64,000 bases of DNA. Origin: the human T2T-CHM13v2.0 reference genome, Homo sapiens. The stretch lies in assembly GCF_009914755.1 (NCBI RefSeq), contig NC_060925.1. One strand, 5' to 3'. Position numbers and translations under genes: made by a program. This document shows positions 28,401 through 42,659 of the stretch, piece after piece (the stretch's first letter is position 1; every line of letters starts with the position of its first letter). The notes below the pieces were generated by a model. The model saw only the letters and a program-made list of their open reading frames with translations. It did no database searches and had not been told where the DNA came from.

Positions 28401-31400
28401 TCGAATGGAATCATCGAATGGACTCGAATGGAATAATCATTGAAAGGAATCGAATGGAATCATCATCGGATGGAAACGAATGGAATCATCATCGAATGGA
28501 AATGAAAGGAGTCATCATCTAATGCAATTGCATGGAATCATCATCAAATGGAATCGAATGGAATCAACATCAAATGGAATCTAATGGAATCATTGAACAG
28601 AATTGAATGGAATCGTCATCGAATGAATTGACTGCAATCATCGAATGGTCTCGAATGGAATCATCTTCAAATGGAATGGAATGGAATCATCGCATAGAAT
28701 CGAATGGAATTATCATCGAATGGAATCGAATGGAATCAACATCAAACGGAAAAAAACGGAATTATCGAATGGAATCGAAGAGAATCATCGAATGGACCCG
28801 AATGGAATCATCTAATGGAATGGAATGGAATAATCCATGGACTCGAATGCAATCATCATCGAATGGAATCGAATGGAATCATCGAGTGGACTCGAATGGA
28901 ATAATCATTGAACGGAATCGAATGGAATCATCATCGGATGGAAATGAATGGAATCATCATCGAATGGAATCGAATAGAATTATGGAATTAAATCCAGTGT
29001 GATCATCATCGAATGGACCCGAATGGAATCATCATCCAACGGAAGCTAATGGAATCAACATCGAATGAATCAAATGGAAACACCATCGAATTGAAACGAA
29101 TGGAATTATCATGAAATTGAAATGGATGGACTCATCATCGAATGGATTCGAATGGAATCATCGAATAAAATTGATTGAAATCATCATCGAATGGAATCGA
29201 ATGGTATCATTGAATGGAATCGAATGGAATCATCATCAGATGGAAATGAATGGAATCGTCATAGAATGGAATCGAATGGATTCATTGAATGGAATCAGAT
29301 GGAATCATCGAATGGACTGGAATGGAATCATTGAATGGACTCGAAAGGGATCATGATTGAATGGAATTGAATGGAATCATCGAATGGTCTCGATTGGAAT
29401 CATTATCAAATGGAATCGAATGGAATCACCGAATAGAATCGAATGGAACAATCATCGAAAGACTCAAATGGAATTATCCTCAAATGGAATCGAATGGAAT
29501 TATCGAATGCAATCGAATGGAATTATCGAATGCAATCGAATAGAATCATCGAATGGACTCGAATGGAATCATCGAATGGAATGGAATGGAACAGTCAATG
29601 AACTCGAATGGAATCATCATTGAATGGAATCGAATGGAATCATCGAGTGGAATCGAATGGAATTATGATCAAATGCAATCGAATGTAATCCTCATCAAAT
29701 GGAATCAAAAATAACCATCATCAATTGGTATTGAATGGAATTGTCATCAAATGGAATTCAAAGGAATCATCATCAAATGGAACCGAATGGAATCCTCATT
29801 GAATGGAAATGAAAGGGGTCATCATCTAATGGAATCGCATGGAATCATCATCAAATGGAATCGAATGGAATCATCATCAAATGGAATCTAATGGAATCAT
29901 TGAACAGAATTGAATGGAATCGTCATCGAATGAATTGAATGCAATCATCGAATGGTCTCGAATGGAATCATCTTCTAATGGAAAGGAATGGAATCATCGC
30001 ATAGAATCGAATGGAATTATCATCGAATGGAATCGAATGGTATCAACACCAAACGAAAAAAAACGGAATTATCGAATGGAATCGAAGAGAATCTTCGAAC
30101 GGACCCGAATGGAATCATCTAATGGAATGGAATGGAATAATCCATGGACTCGAATGCAATCATCATCGAATGGAATCGAATGGAATCATCGAATGGACTC
30201 GAATGGAATAATCATTGAACGGAATCGAATGGAATCATCATCGGATGGAAACGAATGGAATCATCATCGAATGGAAATGAAAGGAGTCATCATCTAATGG
30301 AATTGCATGGAATCATCATAAAATGGAATCGAATGGAATCAACATCAAATCGAATCAAACGGAATCATTGAACAGAATTGAATGGAATCGTCATCGAATG
30401 AATTGACTGCAATCATCGAATGGTCTCGAATGGAATCATCTTCAAATGGAATGGAATGGAATCATCGCATAGAATCGAATGGAATTATCACCGAATGGAA
30501 TCGAATGGAATCAACATCAAACGGAAAAAAACGGAATTATCGAATGGAATCGAAGAGAATCATCGAATGGACCCGAATGGAATCATCTAATGGAATGGAA
30601 TGGAATAATCCATGGACTCGAATGCAATCATCATCGAATGGAATCGAATGGAATCATCGAATGAACTCGAATGGAATCATCATTGAATGGAATCGAATGG
30701 AATCATCGAGTGGAATCGAATGGAATTATGATCAAATGGAATCGAATGTAATCATCATCAAATGGAATCAAAAATAACCATCATCAATTGGTATTGAATG
30801 GAATTGTCATCAAATGGAATTCAAAGGAATCATCATCAAATGGAACCGAATGGAATCCTCATTGAATGGAAATGAAAGGGGTCATCATCTAATGGAATCG
30901 CATGGAATCATCATCAAATGGAATCGAATGGAATCATCATCAAATGGAATCTAATGGAATCATTGAACAGAATTGAATGGAATCGTCATCGAATGAATTG
31001 AATGCAATCATCGAATGGTCTCGAATGGAATCATCTTCTAATGGAAAGGAATGGAATCATCGCATAGAATCGAATGGAATTATCATCGAATGGAATGGAA
31101 TGGTATCAACACCAAACGGAAAAAAACGGAATTATCGAATGGAATCGAAGAGAATCTTCGAACGGACCCGAATGGAATCATCTAATGGAATGGAATGGAA
31201 TAATCCATGGACTCGAATGCAATCATCATCGAATGGAATCGAATGGAATCATCGAATGGACTCGAATGGAATAATCATTGAACGGAATCGAATGGAATCA
31301 TCATCGGATGGAAACGAATGGAATCATCATCGAATGGAAATGAAAGGAGTCATCATCTAATGGAATTGCATGGAATCATCATAAAATGGAATCGAATGGA

Positions 31401-34400
31401 ATCAACATCAAATGGAATCAAATGGAATCATTGAACGGAATTGAATGGAATCGTCATCGAATGAATTGACTGCAATCATCGAATGGTCTCGAATGGAATC
31501 ATCTTCAAATGGAATGGAATGGAATCATCGCATAGAATCGAATGGAATTATCATCGAATGGAATCGAATGGAATCAACATCAAACGGAAAAAAACGGAAT
31601 TATCGAATGGAATCGAAGAGAATCATCGAATGGACCCGAATGGAATCATCTAATGGAATGGAATGGAATAATCCATGGACTCGAATGCAATCATCATCGA
31701 ATGGAATCGAATGGAATCATCGAATGGACTCGAATGGAATAATCATTGAACGGAATCGAATGGAATCATCATCGGATGGAAATGAATGGAATCATCATCG
31801 AATGGAATCGAATAGAATTATGGAATGAAATCCAGTGTGATCATCATCGAATGGACCCGAATGGAATCATCATCCAACGGAAGCTAATGGAATCAACATC
31901 GAATGAATCGAATGGAAACACCATCGAATTGAAACGAATGGAATTATCATGAAATTGAAATGGATGGACTCATCATCGAATGGATTCGAATGGAATCATC
32001 GAATAAAATTGATTGAAATCATCATCCAATGGAATCGAATGGTATCATTGAATGGAATCGAATGGAATCATAATCAGATGGAAATGAATGGAATCGTCAT
32101 AGAATGGAATCGAATGGATTCATTGAATGGAATCAGATGGAATCATCGAATGGACTGGAATGGAATCATTGAATGGACTTGAAAGGGATCATGATTCAAT
32201 GGAATTTAATGGAATCATCGAATGGTCTCGATTGGAATCATTATCAAATGGAATCGAATGGAATCACCGAATAGAATCGAATGGAACAATCATCGAATGG
32301 ACTCAAATGGAATTATCCTCAAATGGAATCGAATGGAATTATCGAATGCAATCGAATGGAATTATCGAATGCAATCGAATAGAATCATCGAATGGACTCG
32401 AATGGAATCATCGAATGGAATGGAATGGAACAGTCAATGAACACGAATGGAATCATCATTGAATGGAATCGAATGGAATCATCAAGTGGAATCGAATGGA
32501 ATTATGATCAAATGGAATCGAATGTAATCATCATCAAATGGAATCAAAAATAACCATCATCAATTGCTATTGAATGGAATTGTCATCAAATGGAATTCAA
32601 AGGAATCATCATCAAATGGAACCGAATGGAATCCTCATTGAATGGAAATGAAAGGGGTCATCATCTAATGGAATCGCATGGAATCATCATCAAATGGAAT
32701 CGAATGGAATCATCATCAAATGGAATCTAATGGAATCATTGAACAGAATTGAATGGAATCGTCATCGAATGAATTGAATGCAATCATCGAATGGTCTCGA
32801 ATGGAATCATCTTCTAATGGAAAGGAATGGAATCATCGCATAGAATCGAATGGAATTATCATCGAATGGAATCGAATGGTATCAACACCAAACGGAAAAA
32901 AACGGAATTATCGAATGGAATCGAAGAGAATCTTCGAACGGACCCGAATGGAATCATCTAATGGAATGGAATGGAATAATCCATGGACTCGAATGCAATC
33001 ATCATCGAATGGAATCGAATGGAATCATCGAATGGACTCGAATGGAATAATCATTGAAAGGAATCGAATGGAATCATCATCGGATGGAAACGAATGGAAT
33101 CATCATCGAATGGAAATGAAAGGAGTCATCATCTAATGCAATTGCATGGAATCATCATCAAATGGAATCGAATGGAATCAACATCAAATGGAATCTAATG
33201 GAATCATTGAACAGAATTGAATGGAATCGTCATCGAATGAATTGACTGCAATCATCGAATGGTCTCGAATGGAATCATCTTCAAATGGAATGGAATGGAA
33301 TCATCGCATAGAATCGAATGGAATTATCATCGAATGGAATCGAATGGAATCAACATCAAACGGAAAAAAACGGAATTATCGAATGGAATCGAAGAGAATC
33401 ATCGAATGGACCCGAATGGAATCATCTAATGGAATGGAATGGAATAATCCATGGACTCGAATGCAATCATCATCGAATGGAATCGAATGGAATCATCGAG
33501 TGGACTCGAATGGAATAATCATTGAACGGAATCGAATGGAATCATCATCGGATGGAAATGAATGGAATCATCATCGAATGGAATCGAATAGAATTATGGA
33601 ATGAAATCCAGTGTGATCATCATCGAATGGACCCGAATGGAATCATCATCCAACGGAAGCTAATGGAATCAACATCGAATGAATCAAATGGAAACACCAT
33701 CGAATTGAAACGAATGGAATTATCATGAAATTGAAATGGATGGACTCATCATCGAATGGATTCGAATGGAATCATCGAATAAAATTGATTGAAATCATCA
33801 TCGAATGGAATCGAATGGTATCATTGAATGGAATCGAATGGAATCATCATCAGATGGAAATGAATGGAATCGTCATAGAATGGAATCGAATGGATTCATT
33901 GAATGGAATCAGATGGAATCATCGAATGGACTGGAATGGAATCATTGAATGGACTCGAAAGGGATCATGATTGAATGGAATTGAATGGAATCATCGAATG
34001 GTCTCGATTGGAATCATTATCAAATGGAATCGAATGGAATCACCGAATAGAATCGAATGGAACAATCATCGAATGGACTCAAATGGAATTATCCTCCAAT
34101 GGAATCGAATGGAATTATCGAATGCAATCGAATGGAATTATCGAATGCAATCGAATAGAATCATCGAATGGACTCGAATGGAATCATCGAATGGAATGGA
34201 ATGGAACAGTCAATGAACTCGAATGGAATCATCATTGAATGGAATCGAATGGAATCATCAAGTGGAATCGAATGGAATTATGATCAAATGGAATCGAATC
34301 TAATCATCATCAAATGGAATCAAAAATAACCATCATCAATTGGTATTGAATGGAATTGTCATCAAATGGAATTCAAAGGAATCATCATCAAATGGAACCG

Positions 34401-37400
34401 AATGGAATCCTCATTGAATGGAAATGAAAGGGGTCATCATCTAATGGAATCGCATGGAATCATCATCAAATGGAATCGAATGGAATCATCATCAAATGGA
34501 ATCTAATGGAATCATTGAACAGAATTGAATGGAATCGTCATCGAATGAATTGAATGCAATCATCGAATGGTCTCGAATGGAATCATCTTCTAATGGAAAG
34601 GAATGGAATCATCGCATAGAATCGAATGGAATTATCATCGAATGGAATCGAATGGTATCAACACCAAACGGAAAAAAACGGAATTATCGAATGGAATCGA
34701 AGAGAATCTTCGAACGGACCCGAATGGAATCATCTAATGGAATGGAATGGAATAATCCATGGACTCGAATGCAATCATCATCGAATGGAATCGAATGGAA
34801 TCATCGAATGGACTCGAATGGAATAATCATTGAACGGAATCGAATGGAATCATCATCGGATGGAAACGAATGGAATCATCATCGAATGGAAATGAAAGGA
34901 GTCATCATCTAATGGAATTGCATGGAATCATCATAAAATGGAATCGAATGGAATCAACATCAAATGGAATCAAATGGAATCATTGAACGGAATTGAATGG
35001 AATCGTCATCGAATGAATTGACTGCAATCATCGAATGGTCTCGAATGGAATCATCTTCAAATGGAATGGAATGGAATCATCGCATAGAATCGAATGGAAT
35101 TATCATCGAATGGAATGGAATGGAATCAACATCAAACGGAAAAAAACGGAATTATCGAATGGAATCGAAGAGAATCATCGAATGGACCCGAATGGAATCA
35201 TCTAATGGAATGGAATGGAATAATCCATGGACTCGAATGCAATCATCATCCAATGGAATCGAATGGAATCATCGAATGGACTCGAATGGAATAATCATTG
35301 AACGGAATCGAATGGAATCATCATCGGATGGAAATGAATGGAATCATCATCGAATGGAATCGAATAGAATTATGGAATGAAATCCAGTGTGATCATCATC
35401 GAATGGACCCGAATGGAATCATCATCCAACGGAAGCTAATGGAATCAACATCGAATGAATCGAATGGAAACACCATCGAATTGAAACGAATGGAATTATC
35501 ATGAAATTGAAATGGATGGACTCATCATCGAATGGATTCGAATGGAATCATCGAATAAAATTGATTGAAATCATCATCGAATGGAATCGAATGGTATCAT
35601 TGAATGGAATCGAATGGAATCATAATCAGATGGAAATGAATGGAATCGTCATAGAATGGAATCGAATGGATTCATTGAATGGAATCAGATGGAATCATCG
35701 AATGGACTGGAATGGAATCATTGAATGGACTTGAAAGTGATCATGATTGAATGGAATTGAATGGAATCATCGAATGGTCTCGATTGGAATCATTATCAAA
35801 TGGAATCGAATGGAATCACCGAATAGAATCGAATGGAACAATCATCGAATGGACTCAAATGGAATTATCCTCAAATGGAATCGAATGGAATTATCGAATG
35901 CAATCGAATGGAATTATCGAATGCAATCGAATAGAATCATCGAATGGACTCGAATGGAATCATCGAATGGAATGGAATGGAACAGTCAATGAACACGAAT
36001 GGAATCATCATTGAATGGAATCGAATGGAATCATCGAGTGGAATCGAATGGAATTATGATCAAATGGAATCGAATGTAATCATCATCAAATGGAATCAAA
36101 AATAACCATCATCAATTGGTATTGAATGGAATTGTCATCAAATGGAATTCAAAGGAATCATCATCAAATGGAACCGAATGGAATCCTCATTGAATGGAAA
36201 TGAAAGGGGTCATCATCTTATGGAATCGCATGGAATCATCATCAAATGGAATCGAATGGAATCATCATCAAATGGAATCTAATGGAATCATTGAACAGAA
36301 TTGAATGGAATCGTCACCGAATGAATTGAATGCAATCATCGAATGGTCTCGAATGGAATCATCTTCTAATGGAAAGGAATGGAATCATCGCATAGAATCG
36401 AATGGAATTATCATCGAATGGAATCGAATGGTATCAACACCAAACGGAAAAAAACGGAATTATCGAATGGAATCGAAGAGAATCTTCGAACGGACCCGAA
36501 TGGAATCATCTAATGGAATGGAATGGAATAATCCATGGACTCGAATGCAATCATCATCGAATGGAATCGAATGGAATCATCGAATGGACTCGAATGGAAT
36601 AATCATTGAAAGGAATCGAATGGAATCATCATCGGATGGAAACGAATGGAATCATCATCGAATGGAAATGAAAGGAGTCATCATCTAATGCAATTGCATG
36701 GAATCATCATCAAATGGAATCGAATGGAATCAACATCAAATGGAATCTAATGGAATCATTGAACAGAATTGAATGGAATCGTCATCGAATGAATTGACTG
36801 CAATCATCGAATGGTCTCGAATGGAATCATCTTCAAATGGAATGGAATGGAATCATCGCATAGAATCGAATGGAATTATCATCGAATGGAATCGAATGGA
36901 ATCAACATCAAACGGAAAAAAACGGAATTATCGAATGGAATCGAAGAGAATCATCGAATGGACCCGAATGGAATCATCTAATGGAATGGAATGGAATAAT
37001 CCATGGACTCGAATGCAATCATCATCGAATGGAATCGAATGGAATCATCGAGTGGACTCGAATGGAATAATCATTGAACGGAATCGAATGGAATCATCAT
37101 CGGATGGAAATGAATGGAATCATCATCGAATGGAATCGAATAGAATTATGGAATTAAATCCAGTGTGATCATCATCGAATGGACCCGAATGGAATCATCA
37201 TCCAACGGAAGCTAATGGAATCAACATCGAATGAATCAAATGGAAACACCATCGAATTGAAACGAATGGAATTATCATGAAATTGAAATGGATGGACTCA
37301 TCATCGAATGGATTCGAATGGAATCATCGAATAAAATTGATTGAAATCATCATCGAATGGAATCGAATGGTATCATTGAATGGAATCGAATGGAATCATC

Positions 37401-38983
37401 ATCAGATGGAAATGAATGGAATCGTCATAGAATGGAATCGAATGGATTCATTGAATGGAATCAGATGGAATCATCGAATGGACTGGAATGGAATCATTGA
37501 ATGGACTCGAAAGGGATCATGATTGAATGGAATTGAATGGAATCATCGAATGGTCTCGATTGGAATCATTATCAAATGGAATCGAATGGAATCACCGAAT
37601 AGAATCGAATGGAACAATCATCGAATGGACTCAAATGGAATTATCCTCAAATGGAATCGAATGGAATTATCGAATGCAATCGAATGGAATTATCGAATGC
37701 AATCGAATAGAATCATCGAATGGACTCGAATGGAATCATCGAATGGAATGGAATGGAACAGTCAATGAACTCGAATGGAATCATCATTGAATGGAATCGA
37801 ATGGAATCATCGAGTGGAATCGAATGGAATTATGATCAAATGGAATCGAATGTAATCATCATCAAATGGAATCAAAAATAACCATCATCAATTGGTATTG
37901 AATGGAATTGTCATCAAATGGAATTCAAAGGAATCATCATCAAATGGAACCGAATGGAATCCTCATTGAATGGAAATGAAAGGGGTCATCATCTAATGGA
38001 ATCGCATGGAATCATCATCAAATGGAATCGAATGGAATCATCATCAAATGGAATCTAATGGAATCATTGAACAGAATTGAATGGAATCGTCATCGAATGA
38101 ATTGAATGCAATCATCGAATGGTCTCGAATGGAATCATCTTCTAATGGAAAGGAATGGAATCATCGCATAGAATCGAATGGAATTATCATCGAATGGAAT
38201 CGAATGGTATCAACACCAAACGGAAAAAAACGGAATTATCGAATGGAATCGAAGAGAATCTTCGAACGGACCCGAATGGAATCATCTAATGGAATGGAAT
38301 GGAATAATCCATGGACTCGAATGCAATCATCATCGAATGGAATCGAATGGAATCATCGAATGGACTCGAATGGAATAATCATTGAACGGAATCGAATGGA
38401 ATCATCATCGGATGGAAACGAATGGAATCATCATCGAATGGAAATGAAAGGAGTCATCATCTAATGGAATTGCATGGAATCATCATAAAATGGAATCGAA
38501 TGGAATCAACATCAAATCGAATCAAACGGAATCATTGAACGGAATTGAATGGAATCGTCATCGAATGAATTGACTGCAATCATCGAATGGTCTCGAATGG
38601 AATCATCTTCAAATGGAATGGAATGGAATCATCGCATAGAATCGAATGGAATTATCACCGAAAGCAATTGAATGGAATCAACATCAAACGGAAAAAAACG
38701 GAATTATCGAATGGAATCGAAGAGAATCATCGAATGGACCCGAATGGAATCATCTAATGGAATGGAATGGAATAATCCATGGACTCGAATGCAATCATCA
38801 TCGAATGGAATCGAATGGAATCATCGAATGAACTCGAATGGAATCATCATTGAATGGAATCGAATGGAATCATCGAGTGGAATCGAATGGAATTATGATC
38901 AAATGGAATCGAATGTAATCATCATCAAATGGAATCAAAAATAACCATCATCAATTGGTATTCAATGGAATTGTCATCAAATG
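19462..38983 (+). repeat. Domain of mixed 1776-bp and 1063-bp units forming 4615/5678-bp higher-order repeats
   Basis: EcoRI fragment order: 1063,1776,1776,1063,1063,1776,1775,1063,1776,1776,1776,1776,1063. The same junction CATCGAATGAACTCG occurs at ~20371, 24986, 26049, 30663, 38830. Confidence 0.9.
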
Positions 38984-40268
38984 GAATTCAAAGGAATCAT
39001 CATCAAATGGAACCGAATGGAATCCTCATTGAATGGAAATGAAAGGGGTCATCATCTAAAGGAATCACATGGAATCATCATCAAATGGAATCGAATGGAA
39101 TCTTCATCAAATGGAATCTAATGGAATCATTGAACAGAATTGAATGGAATCGTCATCGAATGAATTGAATGCAATCATCGAATGGTCTCGAATGGAATCA
39201 TCTTCTAATGGAAAGGAATGGAATCATCGCATAGAATCGAATGGAATTATCATCGAATGGAATCGAATGGTATCAACACCAAACGGAAAAAAACGGAATT
39301 ATCGAAAGGAATCGAAGAGAATCTTCGAACGGACCCGAATGGAATCATCTAATGGAATGGAATGGAATAATCCATGGACTCGAATGCAATCATCATCGAA
39401 TGGAATCGAATGGAATCATCGAATGGACTCGAATGGAATAATCATTGAACGCAATCGAATGGAATCATCATCGGATGGAAATGAATGGAATCATCATCGA
39501 ATGGAATCGAATAGAATTATGGAATGAAATCCAGTGTGATCATCATCGAATGGACCCGAATGGAATCATCATCCAACAGAAGCTAATGGAATCAACATCG
39601 AATGAATCGAATGGAAACACCATGGAATTCAAACGAATGGAATTACCATGAAATTGAAATGGATGGACTCATCATCGAATGGATTCGGATGGAATCATCG
39701 AATAAAATTGATTGAAATCATCATCGAATGAAATCGAATGGTATCATTGAATGGAATCGAATGGAATCATCATCAGATGGAAATGAATGGAATCGTCATA
39801 GAATGGAATCGAATGGATTCATTGAATGGAATCAGATGGAATCATCGAATGGACTGGAATGGAATCATTGAATGGACTCGAAAGGGATCATGATTGAATG
39901 GAATTGAATGGAATCATCGAATGGTCTCGATTGGAATCATTATTAAATGGAATCGAATGGAATCACCGAATAGAATCGAATGGAACAATCATCGAATGGA
40001 CTCAAATGGAATTATCCTTTAATGGAATCGAATGGAATTATCGAATGCAATCGAATAGAATCATCGAATGGACTCGAATGGAATCATCGAATGGAATGGA
40101 ATGGAACAGTCAATGAACTCGAATGGAATCATCATTGAATGGAATCGAATGGAATCATCGAGTGGAATCGAATGGAATTATGATCAAATGGAATCGAATG
40201 TAATCATCATCAAATGGAATCAAAAATAACCATCATCAATTGGTATTGAATGGAATTGTCATCAAATG
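38984..40268 (+). repeat. 1285-bp unit (single fused A/B sub-repeat, -468, plus a 23-bp deletion) with an extra EcoRI site
   Basis: ORF 39144 starts like A (VSTPN/RIFERT) and ends like B (ESNRIME). One TCGAATGGAATTATCGAATGCAA copy is missing near 40030. Extra GAATTC at 39625. Confidence 0.88.
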
Positions 40269-42659
40269 GAATTCAAAGGAATCATCATCAAATGGAACCG
40301 AATGGAATCCTCATTGAATGGAAATGAAAGGGGTCATCATCTAATGGAATCGCATGGAATCATCATCAAATGGGATCGAATGGAATCATCATCAAATGGA
40401 ATCTAATGGAATCATTGAACAGAATTGAATGGAATCGTCATCGAATGAATTGAATGCAATCATCGAATGGTCTCGAATGGAATCATCTTCTAATGGAAAG
40501 GAATGGAATCATCGCTTAGAATCGAATGGAATTATCATCGAATGGAATCGAATGGTATCAACACCAAACGGAAAAAAACGGAATTATCGAATGGAATCGA
40601 AGAGAATCTTCGAACGGACCCGAATGGAATCATCTAATGGAATGGAATGGAATAATCCATGGACTCGAATGCAATCATCATCGAATGGAATCGAATGGAA
40701 TCATCGAATGGACTCGAATGGAATAATCATTGAACGGAATCGAATGGAATCATCATCGGATGGAAACGAATGGAATCATCATCGAATGGAAATGAAAGGA
40801 GTCATCATCTAATAGAATTGCATGGAATCATCATAAAATGGAATCGAATGGAATCAACATCAAATGGAATCAAATGGAATCATTGAACGGAATTGAATGG
40901 AATCGTCATCGAATGAATTGACTGCAATCATCGAATGGTCTCGAATGTAATCACATTCTAATGGAAAGGAATGGAATCATCGCATAGAATCGAATGGAAT
41001 TAACATTGAATGGACTCGAATGGAATCAACATCAAACGGAATAAAGCGGAATTATCGAATGGAATCGAAGAGAATCATCGAATGGTCTCGAATGGAATCA
41101 TCTTCTAATGGAAAGGAATGGAATCATCGCATAGAATCGAATGGAATTAACATTGAATGGACTCGAATGGAATCAACATCAAATGGAATCAAGCGGAATT
41201 ATCGAATGAAATCGAAGAGAATCATCGAATGGACTCGAATGGAATCATCTAATGGAATGGAATGGAATAATCCACGGACTCGAATGCAATCATCATCGTA
41301 TAGAATCGAATGGAATCATCGAATGGACTCGAATGGAATAATCATCGAACGGAAGCGAATGGAATCATCATCGGATGGAAACGAATGGAATCATCATCGA
41401 ATGGAAATGAAAGGAGTCATCATCTAATGGAATTGCATGGAATCATCATAAAATGGAATCGAATGGAATCAAAATCAAATGGAATCAAATGGAATCATTG
41501 AACGGAATTGAATGGAATCGTCATCGAATGAATTGACTGCAATCATCGAATGGTCTCGAATGGAATCATCTTCAAATGGAATGGAATGGAATCATCGCAT
41601 AGAATCGAATGGAATTATCATCGAATGGAATCGAATGGAATCAACATCAAACGGAAAAAAACGGAATTATCGAATGGAATCGAAGAGAATCATCGAATGG
41701 ACCCGAATGGAATCATCTAATGGAATGGAATGGAATAATCCATGGACTCGAATGCAATCATCATCGAATGGAATCGAATGGAATCATCGAATGGACTCGA
41801 ATGGAATAATCATTGAAGGGAATCGAATGGAATCATCATCGGATGGAAATGAATGGAATCATCATCGAATGGAATCGAATAGAATTATGGAATGAAATCC
41901 AGTGTGATCATCTTCGAATGGACCCGAATGGAATCATCATCCAACGGAAGCTAATGGAATCAACATCGAATGAATCGAATGGAAACACCATCGAATTGAA
42001 ACGAATGGAATTATCATGAAATTGAAATGGATGGACTCATCATCGGATGGATTCGAATGGAATCATCGAATAAAATTGATTGAAATCATCATCCAATGGA
42101 ATCGAATGGTATCATTGGATGGAATCGAATGGAATCATCATCAGATGGAAATGAATGGAATCGTCATAGAATGGAATCGAATGGATTCATTGAATGGAAT
42201 CAGATGGAATCATCGAATGGACTGGAATGGAATCATTGAATGGACTCGAAAGGGATCATGATTGAATGGAATTGAATGGAATCATCGAATGGTCTCGATT
42301 GGAATCATTATCAAATGGAATCGAATGGAATCACCGAATAGAATCGAATGGAACAATCATCGAATGGACTCAAATGGAATTATCCTCAAATGGAATCGAA
42401 TGGAATTATCGAATGCAATCGAATGGAATTATCGAATGCAATCGAATAGAATCATCGAATGGACTCGAATGGAATCATCGAATGGAATGGAATGGAACAG
42501 TCAATGAACTCGAATGGAATCATCATTGAATGGAATCGAATGGAATCATCGAGTGGAATCGAATGGAATTATGATCAAATGGAATCGAATGTAATCCTCA
42601 TCAAATGGAATCAAAAATAACCATCATCAATTGGTATTGAATGGAATTGTCATCAAATG
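40269..42659 (+). repeat. 2391-bp unit containing an additional divergent 615-bp sub-repeat (~40787-41401)
   Basis: EcoRI 40269 to 42660 = 1776+615. The third sub-repeat has an internal 147-bp duplication (TCTAATGGAAAGG at 40957 and 41104). Confidence 0.9.

Noticed and set aside
40957-41250. 147-bp duplication equals nucleosome core length
   Set aside because: It is adequately explained as 3x49 bp of the satellite's own sub-period and is bounded by the homologous ATCATCGAATGG(T/A)CTCGAATG motif. There is no evidence for a nucleosome link.
40787-41401. Mobile-element insertion
   Set aside because: The extra 615 bp is itself HSat2 and colinear with the 468-bp sub-repeat; it has no poly(A), terminal repeats or foreign sequence.
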